NCBI GenBank assembly: GCA_024405635.1
Contig: JAKSOL010000007.1
Span: 32,001-96,000, forward strand
Source of the DNA: Salinivirgaceae bacterium
GTDB lineage: Bacteria > Bacteroidota > Bacteroidia > Bacteroidales > SZUA-534
Reading direction: 5' to 3'
Length of the DNA stretch: 64,000 bases
Part shown: positions 32,400 through 43,694 of the stretch, piece after piece
Layout of the letters: each line of letters opens with the position of its first letter
Numbering within the stretch: the first letter of the stretch is position 1
Position numbers and translations under genes: made by a program
Notes under the pieces: model-generated
The model's database searches: none
Seen by the model: only the letters and a program-made list of their open reading frames with translations
Told to the model about the DNA's origin: nothing

Positions 32400-35019
32400 T
32401 ACCACCTCGCATTTGCTCCTTTTCTTCTTTGTTCCGAACAATATTACGAACACCAATCACAAGCACATCGTCAATTTGTTCACGACTGCCTTTCCATTCT
32501 TCAAAGGTGTTTTTGAGTAGGTCGCGTTGCTCATTCATAGATAAATCGTAGTTGTCAACAATCAGTTGTTTTAGCCTTTTTGCCATAAATTTCATACCGT
32601 TGTCGCCACCAAATTGGTCTTGGTAGCCATCGGAGAATATGTAGAACGTGTCGCCATCCTTAAAAGGATATGTATGGTTTGTGTATTCTTCGGTTGAAGT
32701 GTTTGTGATGTTGCAAGTGATAGGAATTTTGTTTCCTTTAAGTTCAATCAGCTCTTTGTTCTGGAACAAAAACATTGGTCGCATTGCTCCAGCAAATTCT
32801 AAGGTTTCAGTATCAGCATCAATTACTGCAAGGGCAATATCCATACCATCGTTGTGGTTTTCGTGCACGCTACCGCCTTTTAACGATATTTTGATTTTTC
32901 GGTTTAAGTGTTTAAGAATTGTTGCAGGCTCGTATATGCCGTTGTGAATTATAATAGAGTTGAGTAGGTAGTTGCCCACAATTGACATAAAGGCACCCGG
33001 TACTCCATGACCAGTACAATCAACAGCTGCAATAAAGTATTTGTTGTTAATGCGGTGGTACCAATAAAAATCGCCACTAACAATGTCTTTGGGCATAAAT
33101 AGAACAAAACTTTCGGGGAATTCGCGCTGTAGATGCGAAATTTTGGGCATTAGGGCTGTTTGTATGCGTTTTGCATACTTTATACTTCCAAAAATCTCTT
33201 CTTGTTTTAATTCAAGTTCTTCTTTTTGTCGCAAAGCATTGTTACGTTGTTTTTCTGATTCGCGTTTTTGAACTTCAATTCGGGTTTCGTAAGTTTTTAG
33301 CGATGTTATGTCAGTTTCAATTGAAATAATAATCTTAACCCGGTTGTTTTTGTCCATTACAGGGGTTAATGTTGTTTGTGTCCATTTAGATTCATTACCA
33401 TTTGGGTCTTTGTATTCGGTTTCATAATCTTGGTGCATTTTTTCGCGAATACATGTAGGTAATACCAATTGAAGTTCTTTGTTTTTTATCACATCAAGAA
33501 TATTCATTGGATGTCCTGATTTGTAGGTTTCCAAACTCATATTCATGTGGCGTGAGAATTGCGAGTTAAACCATGTTATGGTTCCGTCGGTTTTAAAAAT
33601 GGCTATACTATTTTGTGTTTTGTCGGTTACTTGAGTTACTTGCTCAAGGGCTATTGTTCGTTGCTCAAGTATCTCTTTTTGCGCTCTAAGCAACTCTCGT
33701 TGGTCAAGCAGGTCGTTGCGTTGTTTGGTAACCAAATCGTGTTGTAGACGAATTTCTTCTTTTTGGCGGTTAATAGTATCGGTGCGCTCTTTTGTGTTTT
33801 GAGCAACGGTTTTGTTCATGTTTAGCACTTTTTGGCGCGATGCATGAAAGTTGTCAAAATACACATATACAATAAATATCATTACTAGTACAGTTGCTAT
33901 TGTTGTGTGTTCTGTGCCTTCTACTGGAGTACCAAATGTTTCGCAAATCAATGGCCACAAAATCAATATGTGTATGGTTATTAAAACTCCAAGTTTAATA
34001 TAGTAGTCAGGATTTTTTTGTTTGTAATTGTATGCTGCAACTGTTAATAGGAAAAGCGATAACAATTCAAGTAATAGAGTAGGATGTATCATAACTCTAT
34101 AGGGCAACACCAACGACACCAACGACACAATCAATCCTAATGTAATGGTAGTATATCCAACTTTACGTGAAAACTTTTGGTCTGGGTCAACCATGCACAT
34201 TGTAATAAAGTAGTTGATTAGCAACAAACTGAGCATGAATAAGAATGTGCGTATAATAGTTAATGTTGCTGTGGGCGAGGTTATTATGTTGCTTATTATG
34301 CACGGGTGCTGGCTTAAAAGCATGGTTAACGAACCTAAAACCAAAGCAACAAATCCCGAAGTGCTTGCTGTTCGTTCAGCCCAAAGCATGTTTATCGATA
34401 GCCATAACTCAACAAACAATATCCAAAACAATCCACCTATCAGTAATTCATGTTTATTGGTCTTGTGTAAATATTCCTTAAACGATGTAAGGCTTATTTT
34501 AGTTGTTTGTGAGTATGGTAGATTTGAAATGCGAGCAGCGTATGTATATTCTGTTTTTGATTCAATGCTAAAATTTACATCAAAGTAATCTGATGGAATA
34601 GGGCGAGTTATAAATGGTTTTGTGCAACCAGTTTTTATAACGCCATGAAATTTAGTTGAGTAAAATTCAACATTACTCAAAAAACTATTTTTTAAACGCC
34701 AAACCAACGATTGGGCAACATTCGATTCGTTGCGAATGGTTACAAAAACCCAATATGTTTTGTTGTTTTGAACAGTAAACATTGGTTCGCTTAACAATGT
34801 GCAGTTCCTTAAATTGCTATCGGCTATAACCTGTTGAAAGGTCATTGTGTCGGTAGGGTCGTAAAACAAAAATGCTTCCTCTTCTAAACTCAAATTACCA
34901 TCAAAATAGTAAAGTGAATCTATTACAATGTCGCATCGGCCTACTAGTGCCGAACAAATAAATATGCCTAATAAAAGGCTTTTGATGGCTATTTGTTTTA
35001 GTTTTTCTATTAGTTGCAT
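32386..35019 (-). CDS. Membrane sensor (7TM-DISM-like) / PAS / SpoIIE (PP2C) phosphatase
   Basis: PKDIVSGDFYW, DCTGHGVPGA, DGMD, SDGYQDQFGG, QIDD; multiple TMs. Confidence 0.85.
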   Translation of the reverse strand: MQLIEKLKQIAIKSLLLGIFICSALVGRCDIVIDSLYYFDGNLSLEEEAFLFYDPTDTMTFQQVIADSNLRNCTLLSEPMFTVQNNKTYWVFVTIRNESNVAQSLVWRLKNSFLSNVEFYSTKFHGVIKTGCTKPFITRPIPSDYFDVNFSIESKTEYTYAARISNLPYSQTTKISLTSFKEYLHKTNKHELLIGGLFWILFVELWLSINMLWAERTASTSGFVALVLGSLTMLLSQHPCIISNIITSPTATLTIIRTFLFMLSLLLINYFITMCMVDPDQKFSRKVGYTTITLGLIVSLVSLVLPYRVMIHPTLLLELLSLFLLTVAAYNYKQKNPDYYIKLGVLITIHILILWPLICETFGTPVEGTEHTTIATVLVMIFIVYVYFDNFHASRQKVLNMNKTVAQNTKERTDTINRQKEEIRLQHDLVTKQRNDLLDQRELLRAQKEILEQRTIALEQVTQVTDKTQNSIAIFKTDGTITWFNSQFSRHMNMSLETYKSGHPMNILDVIKNKELQLVLPTCIREKMHQDYETEYKDPNGNESKWTQTTLTPVMDKNNRVKIIISIETDITSLKTYETRIEVQKRESEKQRNNALRQKEELELKQEEIFGSIKYAKRIQTALMPKISHLQREFPESFVLFMPKDIVSGDFYWYHRINNKYFIAAVDCTGHGVPGAFMSIVGNYLLNSIIIHNGIYEPATILKHLNRKIKISLKGGSVHENHNDGMDIALAVIDADTETLEFAGAMRPMFLFQNKELIELKGNKIPITCNITNTSTEEYTNHTYPFKDGDTFYIFSDGYQDQFGGDNGMKFMAKRLKQLIVDNYDLSMNEQRDLLKNTFEEWKGSREQIDDVLVIGVRNIVRNKEEKEQMRGGTILI

Positions 35020-35024
35020 CTCTT

Positions 35025-37016
35025 TTATCGGTTTTTATAGGCTGTTATTCCACTATTTAAATATTCTATAAATGCATCAACATTTAAGTTATATCCGCGT
35101 GGTTCTGCCAATAGGTTTTCGTCAGCGTCAAGCAGGCAGTAGTATGGTTGAGCATTTATGTTGAATTTGCTCACTTGAATATCGGAATTGACTTTGCCTA
35201 TTGTGGTTTTCATTTTTCCATCGTAGTCAGATTTTTTCCAATCTTGTTCATCAAGTTCGGTTTTGTCGTCAACGTATAGTTCAACTATTATGTAGTTGTC
35301 TGTCAATGTTTTAAGTACTCGGCTGTCTGACCATACACGAGCTTCCATCTCGCGACAGTTTACGCATCCGTGACCTGTAAAACTTACAAACAAAGGTTTG
35401 TTTTGTTTGCGTGCACAATTTAGTGCTTGCTCATAGTCAAAATATCCTTGTAAACCATGTGGTAAATGCAATATGTTGGCATATTTTGGATTTTCGCACA
35501 AATCAAATGTTTTACCATTGCTTTGTAGTGTAGTTTGTTGTACAAAGTCCATTGTTGACATTGGAGGTAAATATCCAGCTAGTGCTTTTAATGGAGCGCC
35601 CCACATGCCAGGAATTAAGTAAACCACAAATGCAAATGTGACAATTGATGTAAATAATCGGCCAACCGATAGCTTCTCAATTGATTCATCATCGTTTGGT
35701 AGTTTTATCTTTCCAATTAGATAAAGTCCTAATAACGAGAAAATTACAATCCATAAAGCAATGTAAACTTCGCGGTCAAGAATGCCCCAATGGTATGTTT
35801 GGTCGGCTACGCTTAAAAATTTTAAACCAAGTGCCAATTCAATAAACCCAAGCACTACTTTAATAGTGTTTAACCAACTTCCTGATTTTGGTAGTTTATT
35901 TAACCAACTAGGAAAAAAAGCAAACAAAGTAAATGGTAGTGCAAATGCTACAGAAAAGGCAATCATTGTAATTATTGGTTCCCAAATGTCGCCACGAGTC
36001 GATTCAACTATAATTGTTCCAACAATTGGTCCTGTGCACGAGAACGAAACCAATACTAAAGTTGCTGCCATAAAAAATACACCAAGCAATCCGCCTTTAT
36101 CTGCGTTTTGGTCGGCTTTGTTAACTAACCAACTTGGTAATGTAATTTCAAATGCACCTAAAAATGATGCAGCAAACACCATAAAAATTACAAAAAACAA
36201 CACATTTGGTAGCCAATGGGTTGATATCCAATTAAAAATATCAGCAGTAATAGATTGACCTCCAATAAAATATGTTGCAAGTATTATAATTGCTATGGGT
36301 AAGGTGTATAATGCTACGATTGACAAACCGTATGCCGATGCATTTAATCTGCTCTGTGATTTGCTTTTGCTATTTCGTATAAAAAACGAAACTGTCATTG
36401 GTATCATTGGAAATACGCAAGGTGTTAACAGTGCTGCAAATCCCCAAAGAATAGCTTCAAGTATTATTTTCCATAAAGTTGACAAGCTGCGCGTTGTTGC
36501 CGCTTCTATCTCTTTTTCAGTAGTTTGTTCGCTTATGTCTTCTGCTTGAAAAATGCTGAAAACTTTTTCACCATTTGTGCATAGTTCGTCGTTGCATGCT
36601 TGATAATTTACTGTTACAGTTGCTGTAGGATTTTTTGTACTAACCTTTATTTGTTGTACAAACACTGCTGTTTGTGAAAAGTAGTAGGTCATTACATTGG
36701 CTATTTTGTCCATTTCGGCAATAGCTTTGCTAACTTCTATCACCGAATCAATAAGTTCAACTCCATTACCAACTGAAAATTCAAATTGCGTAGGTAGAAC
36801 ATAATTGCCTTCTGGCAACGATTGAGCATAAATGTGCCAACCTTTGTCAATGTTAGCAGTCAATTTTAATTCATAAGTTGAATCGGATGTCTGTTTGCAG
36901 CTTTTTTGCCATTTAACGGGCTCAATTAGTTGTGCTTTGGCTGCAATCGATAGCAATAGTACCAATGTTACAAGTGCTATTTGCTTTATATATGTTCTCA
37001 TATATCTATATTTCAA
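35025..37016 (-). CDS. dsbD: Thiol:disulfide interchange protein DsbD family
   Basis: CNDELC, LLTPCVFPMIP, FSCTGP, GCVNCREME. Confidence 0.9.
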   Translation of the reverse strand: MKYRYMRTYIKQIALVTLVLLLSIAAKAQLIEPVKWQKSCKQTSDSTYELKLTANIDKGWHIYAQSLPEGNYVLPTQFEFSVGNGVELIDSVIEVSKAIAEMDKIANVMTYYFSQTAVFVQQIKVSTKNPTATVTVNYQACNDELCTNGEKVFSIFQAEDISEQTTEKEIEAATTRSLSTLWKIILEAILWGFAALLTPCVFPMIPMTVSFFIRNSKSKSQSRLNASAYGLSIVALYTLPIAIIILATYFIGGQSITADIFNWISTHWLPNVLFFVIFMVFAASFLGAFEITLPSWLVNKADQNADKGGLLGVFFMAATLVLVSFSCTGPIVGTIIVESTRGDIWEPIITMIAFSVAFALPFTLFAFFPSWLNKLPKSGSWLNTIKVVLGFIELALGLKFLSVADQTYHWGILDREVYIALWIVIFSLLGLYLIGKIKLPNDDESIEKLSVGRLFTSIVTFAFVVYLIPGMWGAPLKALAGYLPPMSTMDFVQQTTLQSNGKTFDLCENPKYANILHLPHGLQGYFDYEQALNCARKQNKPLFVSFTGHGCVNCREMEARVWSDSRVLKTLTDNYIIVELYVDDKTELDEQDWKKSDYDGKMKTTIGKVNSDIQVSKFNINAQPYYCLLDADENLLAEPRGYNLNVDAFIEYLNSGITAYKNR

Positions 37017-37098
37017 AATCTTTGTTCCGAAATATAGTAAATAGCTTGCTAAACGCGTTGATTTTGGGGCATAAAAAAACGCAACGGTAAATGCTGCG

Positions 37099-38649
37099 TT
37101 ACAAGTATATTTTTTCGTTCTTTTTATCCAAGAAATTGAACTCTAGGAAAGTATTTGCTATTGAAGGGATAACTCGTAAGCGATGTAAGTATCGCATTTT
37201 CCAACGCATCTTTATTGAAAACAAACCTTTGTTTAGATAAGCTGCAATAAATGGGTGAACAACAAGGTTCACTCGTTTGTTTTTATAGTTTGTTAAGCCC
37301 CATCGAATAATATTTTCCAATTCGTCAACAATAAGGAATGGGGGAGTAACTTCGCCAGTTCCGTTGCACGAAGGGCATTTTTCGGTAGTGTGTACCTTTG
37401 TTTCAGGGCGCACACGTTGGCGAGTTATTTGTATTAGTCCAAATTTACTCAATGGCAGAACGTGATGACGTGCGCGGTCGCCTGCCATACATTCTTTCAT
37501 GTATTCGTATAGTTTCTGCTTGTTTTCAGCAGTGTGCATATCAATAAAGTCAATAACAATGATGCCGCCCATATCGCGCAACCTAAGTTGGCGAGCAATC
37601 TCAGCTGCAGCAATCATGTTAACATCAATTGCATTATCTTCTTGATTGATATTGTTTTGTGTCCGGTTGCCAGAGTTTACATCAATTACGTGCAGTGCCT
37701 CAGTGTGCTCAATTACCAAGTATGCACCTTTTTGCATTACTACAACCTTGCCAAATAGTGTTTTAATCTGTTTTTCAAGGCCAAAATGGTCAAAAATTGG
37801 TTGTCCTTTATCGTAGAACTTTACAATTTTTTCTTGCTCAGGAGCAATAGCGTGGATGTAGTTATAGGCTTCCTCAAAAATCTTCTTGTCGTTTGTGTAA
37901 ATGCTATTAAAGTCGGGGCTGAATGAGTCTCGTAGCATTGATGTTGTACGATCAAGTTCGCCAATCACCAATTTTGGTGGGGTCGATTTTCTAATAATGT
38001 TAAAGGCATTTTCCCATTTTTCAACCAATTCGCGTAATTCTGCGTCAAGGTCTGAAATTCGACAATTTTCAGCAACTGTACGTACAATTACACCATAGTT
38101 TTTAGGTTTAACACTTTCAATCATTTGGTGTAAGTGTTTCTTAACCTCGTCGCTTTTTATTTTTTGTGAAATAGAAACTCTGTTTGAAAATGGAATTAGT
38201 ACCAAATTTCGCCCAGCTATTGATATTTCAGAAGTTAGTCTTGGGCCTTTGGTTGAAATGGGTTCTTTTGCTATCTGCACTAGGATTAGTTGACCTTCTT
38301 TAAGTACTTGATTTATTTTCCCGTGCTTGTCGATGTCTGGAGCCAATTCGAGATTGTTGATTGATACAGGCCAATTCTTGCGCGATATAACGTTCTGAAG
38401 GTGGTCGTTCAACGATTTGAATTGGGGACCAAGGTCAAGGTAGTGTAGAAAAGCATCTTTTTCATAACCAACATTTACAAACGCTGCATTCAGCCCAGGC
38501 ATAACCTTTTTTACCTTAGCTAAATAGATATCACCAACCGCGTAATTGAAGTTAGTTTTTTCGCGGTTAAGTTCTACCAGTCGTTTGTCTTCCATAAGTG
38601 CAATTACAACCTCGCTTGGAGTTGAATTGATCACTAGTTCTTTATTCAC
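37099..38649 (-). CDS. Ribonuclease E/G family
   Basis: S1 domain, KEPISTKGPRLT, IDVNSG, LRDMGGIIVIDFIDM, CPSCNG. Confidence 0.93.
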   Translation of the reverse strand: MNKELVINSTPSEVVIALMEDKRLVELNREKTNFNYAVGDIYLAKVKKVMPGLNAAFVNVGYEKDAFLHYLDLGPQFKSLNDHLQNVISRKNWPVSINNLELAPDIDKHGKINQVLKEGQLILVQIAKEPISTKGPRLTSEISIAGRNLVLIPFSNRVSISQKIKSDEVKKHLHQMIESVKPKNYGVIVRTVAENCRISDLDAELRELVEKWENAFNIIRKSTPPKLVIGELDRTTSMLRDSFSPDFNSIYTNDKKIFEEAYNYIHAIAPEQEKIVKFYDKGQPIFDHFGLEKQIKTLFGKVVVMQKGAYLVIEHTEALHVIDVNSGNRTQNNINQEDNAIDVNMIAAAEIARQLRLRDMGGIIVIDFIDMHTAENKQKLYEYMKECMAGDRARHHVLPLSKFGLIQITRQRVRPETKVHTTEKCPSCNGTGEVTPPFLIVDELENIIRWGLTNYKNKRVNLVVHPFIAAYLNKGLFSIKMRWKMRYLHRLRVIPSIANTFLEFNFLDKKNEKIYL

Positions 38650-38799
38650 AATGTTGATTATTGATGGTTACGTTTCTATCAAAAAATGCTGATTGCTAAA
38701 TTGATAGAAAGTTAGAGTTTTTGTTTGTTGCATAAAAAAACAATAAACCTTGAGAGGCCTAGCTCCGAAGGTTTATTGCTTGAAAAGTTAATTAACTAA

Positions 38800-38889
38800 T
38801 TAGCTTTTTTTGTGGCGATTCTTGCGCAAACGTTTTTTACGTTTGTGAGTAGCCATTTTATGTCTTTTGTGTTTTTTACCGTTTGGCAT
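38800..38889 (-). CDS. 30S ribosomal protein bS22 (29 aa, absent from the ORF track)
   Basis: Manual translation MPNGKKHKRHKMATHKRKKRLRKNRHKKS*, between HU and RNase E/G as in Bacteroidota. Confidence 0.85.
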   Translation of the reverse strand: MPNGKKHKRHKMATHKRKKRLRKNRHKKS

Positions 38890-38909
38890 AGTTGTATATT
38901 TTTAAATGA

Positions 38910-39194
38910 TTATTTTTTTACGCTTTTTACTTTAACTGAGAAAGTTTTAGCTGGCTTAAATGATGGAATTGAGTGCTCAGGGATAATCAAAGTTGTGTTC
39001 TTTGAAATATTGCGTGCTGTTTTTTGAGCTCTTGTTTTTACAACAAAACTACCAAAACCTCTTAAGTATACGTTTTCTCCTTTTTCCAACGAAGCTTTGA
39101 TTGAGTTCATGAAAGCCTCTACTGATTTTTGTACTGTTACTTTCTCGATGCCTGTGTGTCTCGAGATTTCGTTAACGATGTCTGCTTTTGTCAT
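38910..39194 (-). CDS. HU/IHF family DNA-binding protein
   Basis: MTKADIV, VYLRGFGSF, ARNISKN, PSFKPAK. Confidence 0.93.
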   Translation of the reverse strand: MTKADIVNEISRHTGIEKVTVQKSVEAFMNSIKASLEKGENVYLRGFGSFVVKTRAQKTARNISKNTTLIIPEHSIPSFKPAKTFSVKVKSVKK

Positions 39195-39393
39195 AGCTAA
39201 ATCTTTTTATAATCAATAATTTAAGTTTTCCTCAAATGAGACCGCAAATATAGAGATTGAATAATGAACTCAAAACAAAAACTCAAAAAAAAAATCTTAA
39301 AATTTTCACTATTAAATGGATGCGTTTTTGCCTTATATATTATTGCGTAAATATGGTTTTTATGAGGTGTTGTGTGTGTTTTATATTGCTTAA

Positions 39394-39729
39394 TTACAAC
39401 ATGTCTTTAACTTCTTTTAGCATGTCGCGAATCGATTCAAGCGAGCGAATGACTTCAAAGTTATTTATGGTGTCCTCTTTGTTGTCTTTTAGCTTTTTCT
39501 TAGCACCGTCAAGTGTGAGCCCGCGTTCTTTTACAAGGTGGTAAATAATGCCAAAGTTGTTTACATCGTTTTGAGTAAACATGCGGTTGCCTTTTTTGTT
39601 TCTTTGTGGTTTAATGACATCAAATTCGCGCTCCCAATATCTTATTAGCGAGGCATTTACGTTAAACATGTCGGCTATTTCACCAATGGTGAAGAATAGC
39701 TTTTCTGTGGGTTGTTCTTTATATGGCAT
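39394..39729 (-). CDS. MerR-family HTH protein
   Basis: FTIGEIA, SLIRYWEREF, KGNRMF. Confidence 0.88.
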   Translation of the reverse strand: MPYKEQPTEKLFFTIGEIADMFNVNASLIRYWEREFDVIKPQRNKKGNRMFTQNDVNNFGIIYHLVKERGLTLDGAKKKLKDNKEDTINNFEVIRSLESIRDMLKEVKDML

Positions 39730-39741
39730 AATAAATAGGTA

Positions 39742-40713
39742 TTAGTCAAAACTCATTGTCATTTGGCTTGATGCGTTTATCATCTCGTCGTATTCCTCTG
39801 GTGTGAGGTCTGCATAGTAGTAGTTTACTGGGTTTTCGGTTTTGTCATTTTTTCGTACTTCGTAGTGTAAGTGTGGTGCTGTTGAACGTCCAGTGTTGCC
39901 AACTTCGCCAATTATATCGCCGCGCTTAACTTTTTTGCCCACTTTAACATATGTATCGTTAAGATGTGCGTATAATGTTTTGTATCCAAAACCGTGGTCT
40001 ATTATTACTTTTTTACCATAGCCACCGCTTGAAAATCCTGCACTAACAACAACACCATCGCCTGTAGCGTGAACTTGTGTGCCAACTGGTGCTGTAAGGT
40101 CAATGCCGTTGTGCATTTTTAGTGTGCGGTATATTGGGTGTATTCTGTATCCAAAACCCGATGCAAATCGAGTTAGGTTTTTGTCTGAAATGGGAGATAT
40201 AGCAGGTATTGATTTTAAATACTGTTCTTTTTCTTGTATCATTTTCATAACCTCGCTATACGATTCGGTTTGAGTTACAATTTTGTGCGTTAATCCGTCA
40301 ATTTTGCTGGCTGTTTCAACCAATAGTTCTGAATTCGAAAGTTCTGATAAGTCTTTGTAAGGATCAACGCCTCCATGTCCTCCTTGTTTTTGGTCGTCTG
40401 TCATGGGGTCAATACCAAATATTAAGCGATAAATATTGTTGTCGTGCTTTTGAATCTCGTCCATGCTTTGCTCTAAGGTCTTTAATTTTTGGTTCAAAAT
40501 GTTGTATTGGGCCAAAAGCTCTTTATTCTCGCGTTTTTGATATTTCTCTGCAGGTGTGTCAAAAAAGAATGAGAAAACAAATACTATGAGGCATGAAATA
40601 GAAAAAAGTATCAGCACATTTTTGAAAAATCGGAGTACACGTTGCTTGCCTGTAACTACAATTTCTTCGTAGCTAAGGTTATCGGGGTTGAATTTGTACT
40701 TGATTTTTGACAT
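39742..40713 (-). CDS. M23 family metallopeptidase
   Basis: HNGIDL, YAHL, STAPHLHYEV. Confidence 0.92.
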   Translation of the reverse strand: MSKIKYKFNPDNLSYEEIVVTGKQRVLRFFKNVLILFSISCLIVFVFSFFFDTPAEKYQKRENKELLAQYNILNQKLKTLEQSMDEIQKHDNNIYRLIFGIDPMTDDQKQGGHGGVDPYKDLSELSNSELLVETASKIDGLTHKIVTQTESYSEVMKMIQEKEQYLKSIPAISPISDKNLTRFASGFGYRIHPIYRTLKMHNGIDLTAPVGTQVHATGDGVVVSAGFSSGGYGKKVIIDHGFGYKTLYAHLNDTYVKVGKKVKRGDIIGEVGNTGRSTAPHLHYEVRKNDKTENPVNYYYADLTPEEYDEMINASSQMTMSFD

Positions 40714-40807
40714 TTTCTTAACGTTTGACAGGCAAAACTAATGAAAAAAGATATTTTTGCAATCTTTTTGAGAAAGTAAAATACATAACAACGATAATTG
40801 TAACTTT

Positions 40808-43417
40808 ATGAATTCTAAAGAGATACGTAACACCTTTAAGGAGTTTTTCGCATCAAAACAACACCAAATTGTGAGCAGTGCTCCAATGGTTGTGAAAGGT
40901 GACCCTACGTTGATGTTCACCAACGCAGGTATGAACCAATTTAAAGACATCTTTTTGGGCATATCGCCTCGTAAATGGCCTCGTGTTGCAAACAGCCAAA
41001 AATGTTTGCGCGTTTCAGGTAAGCATAACGACTTGGAGGAGGTTGGTCACGACACCTACCACCATACAATGTTTGAAATGCTTGGAAACTGGTCGTTTGG
41101 CGATTACTTTAAAGAGGAGGCAATTGCTTGGGCATGGGAGTTGTTAACCGAAGTGTATAAACTTCCTGTCGATCGCTTGTATGCTACTGTGTTTGAGGGC
41201 GATGAGTCTGAAAACCTTGCGCTTGATACTGAGGCTGAAAACTTTTGGTTAAAATATCTTCCTCGCGAACGTGTTATTCATGGCAACAAACATGATAACT
41301 TTTGGGAGATGGGCGCTACAGGTCCTTGCGGTCCTTGCTCTGAAATTCATATTGACTTGCGCGACGATTCGGAACGCGAAAAAATTCCAGGCCGTGAGTT
41401 GGTTAACCAAAGCAACCCTCAAGTGATTGAAATTTGGAACCTTGTGTTTATGCAATATAACCGCAAGGCCGACGGCTCGCTTGAATTGCTACCTCACAAA
41501 CATGTTGATACCGGTATGGGTTTTGAACGCTTGTGCATGGCTTTGCAAGGCAAAAAATCAAACTACGATACCGATGTTTTTCAGCCTATAATTAAAGCTA
41601 TTGGTAAACTTTGCGGTTGTGAGTATGGAAAATCGGAACAAGTTGACGTTGCAATGCGTGTGGTTGCTGACCACTTGCGTACCATTGCATTCTCAATTAC
41701 CGATGGCCAGTTGCCTTCAAACGCTAAAGCTGGTTACGTTATTCGCCGAATTTTGCGTCGTGCTGTTCGTTATGGATACACATTCTTGGGCCAACGTAAC
41801 TCGTTTATGTATAAGTTATTGCCTGCTTTGATTGATAATATGGGCGATGCTTATCCTGAACTTGGATTGCAAAAAAACTTGGTTGAAAAAGTGATGAAAG
41901 AGGAGGAAGATGCATTTCTTCGTACACTCGAAACTGGTATTAAATTGCTTGACAAGGTGATGGCAGAAACTAAAGCTGCTGGTAAAACACAAATTACAGG
42001 TGTAGAGGCATTTACATTGTACGATACCTTCGGTTTTCCTCTCGATTTAACAGAACTGATTCTTCGCGAAAATGGATTGACCGTTAATCAAGAAGAATTT
42101 GATGCTGAAATGCAAAAGCAAAAAGACCGTGCTCGAAATGCTGCATCAATTGAAACTGGCGATTGGGTTGAACTGAAAGAGGGCGAGAGTGAGTTTGTTG
42201 GCTATGATGTACTTGATGTTGATGTTGAGGTACTTCGTTACCGCAAAATCAAACAAAAGAACAAAGAGTTGTTCCAAATAGTACTTAATCGTACTCCTTT
42301 CTATGCTGAAATGGGTGGTCAGTTGGGCGATACTGGTTATCTTGAGAGCGAAGATGGTCGTATTGACATTATTGACACCAAGAAAGAAAACAACTTGAGT
42401 GTGCATTATGCTGAAAAAATGCCAGCAGATCCAACTGTTTCGTTCCGCGCAGTGGTTGATACCGAAAAACGTGAACAAACAACTTGCAACCATACTGCAA
42501 CTCACTTGTTGCACTATGCATTGCGTCAAGTGCTAGGTACTCATGTTGAGCAAAAAGGATCTTTGGTATCGCCTAATAGTTTGCGTTTCGATTTCTCGCA
42601 TTTCCAAAAAGTAACAGACGAAGAGTTGCGCCAAGTTGAGATTATTGCAAACAAACTAGTTCGCGAAGATTTGCCACTTGACGAGGCTCGTAATATGCCA
42701 ATTGACCAAGCAAAGGCAATGGGAGCAATGGCATTGTTTGGTGAAAAATATGGCGATTCGGTTCGAGTTATAAAATATGGCCCATCGGTTGAACTTTGCG
42801 GTGGTACTCACGTAGCATCAACTGGTCACATAGGTTCAATTCGTATTTTGGCCGAAAGTTCTGTTGCTGCAGGTGTTCGCCGTATTGAGGCTGTTACAGC
42901 TGCCAAAGCTGACGAAGTTTTTTACGCATCTCAAGATATTCACCGCAACATTAAAGCTTTGTTCAATAACACACCAAATCTTGAGCAAACAATACGCAAA
43001 GCTCTTGACGAAAACGTTGAATTGAAAAAGCAGATTGAGGAATTTATGGCCGAAAAAGCTAAAGCAGTAAAAGACGAGATTCTTGCTAAAGCTGAAATTA
43101 AAAATGGAGTGAAATTGGTAGTGCTTAAAGGCATTTATCCTGCCGATTTTGTTAAAAATGTTGCATTCCAAATTCGCGGACAAGAGAAAAACGCAACAGC
43201 ATTTATTGCTGCAACCGTTGATACAGAAAAACCATTAATTACTGTTGCTTTGAGCGACGATCTTGTTGTTGCTGGTAAAAATGCAACAAATATGATTCGT
43301 AGCGTTGCCAAAGAAATTCAAGGTGGTGGCGGTGGTCAACCTTTCTTTGCGACTGCGGGCGGTAAAAATGCATCAGGTCTTGAAACTGCATTAAAAATGC
43401 TTGTTGAGTCAATTTAA
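40808..43417 (+). CDS. alaS: Alanine--tRNA ligase
   Basis: [43 protein letters not shown]. Confidence 0.97.
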   Translation: MNSKEIRNTFKEFFASKQHQIVSSAPMVVKGDPTLMFTNAGMNQFKDIFLGISPRKWPRVANSQKCLRVSGKHNDLEEVGHDTYHHTMFEMLGNWSFGDYFKEEAIAWAWELLTEVYKLPVDRLYATVFEGDESENLALDTEAENFWLKYLPRERVIHGNKHDNFWEMGATGPCGPCSEIHIDLRDDSEREKIPGRELVNQSNPQVIEIWNLVFMQYNRKADGSLELLPHKHVDTGMGFERLCMALQGKKSNYDTDVFQPIIKAIGKLCGCEYGKSEQVDVAMRVVADHLRTIAFSITDGQLPSNAKAGYVIRRILRRAVRYGYTFLGQRNSFMYKLLPALIDNMGDAYPELGLQKNLVEKVMKEEEDAFLRTLETGIKLLDKVMAETKAAGKTQITGVEAFTLYDTFGFPLDLTELILRENGLTVNQEEFDAEMQKQKDRARNAASIETGDWVELKEGESEFVGYDVLDVDVEVLRYRKIKQKNKELFQIVLNRTPFYAEMGGQLGDTGYLESEDGRIDIIDTKKENNLSVHYAEKMPADPTVSFRAVVDTEKREQTTCNHTATHLLHYALRQVLGTHVEQKGSLVSPNSLRFDFSHFQKVTDEELRQVEIIANKLVREDLPLDEARNMPIDQAKAMGAMALFGEKYGDSVRVIKYGPSVELCGGTHVASTGHIGSIRILAESSVAAGVRRIEAVTAAKADEVFYASQDIHRNIKALFNNTPNLEQTIRKALDENVELKKQIEEFMAEKAKAVKDEILAKAEIKNGVKLVVLKGIYPADFVKNVAFQIRGQEKNATAFIAATVDTEKPLITVALSDDLVVAGKNATNMIRSVAKEIQGGGGGQPFFATAGGKNASGLETALKMLVESI

Positions 43418-43435
43418 TTAGGTTTTGTTTTTATA

Positions 43436-43467
43436 TAAAAAGCGAGCAGAAATGTTCGCTTTTTTTG
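43436..43467 (+). terminator. Intrinsic terminator after alaS
   Basis: AAAAAGCGAGCA-GAAA-TGTTCGCTTTTTTT. Confidence 0.7.
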
Positions 43468-43694
43468 TTTTAGTAGGGTTCTCTTTAGCAAAAAAGCCGC
43501 CTCGCAATTGAGACGGCTTTTAGCAACTTTACAAAAACCTATTTATGAAAAAAACTTATGAAGCAGATTGTATTATTTCTTCATTTGAACAAGACAAAGA
43601 TACGGCGGTAAAAAACAGCAAAGAGTTAAGGTGTGGTTAAAAACTGTTAAGATTTGGTTAAAACGCGTTAACGGCCATTTAACTTTAACTACTT

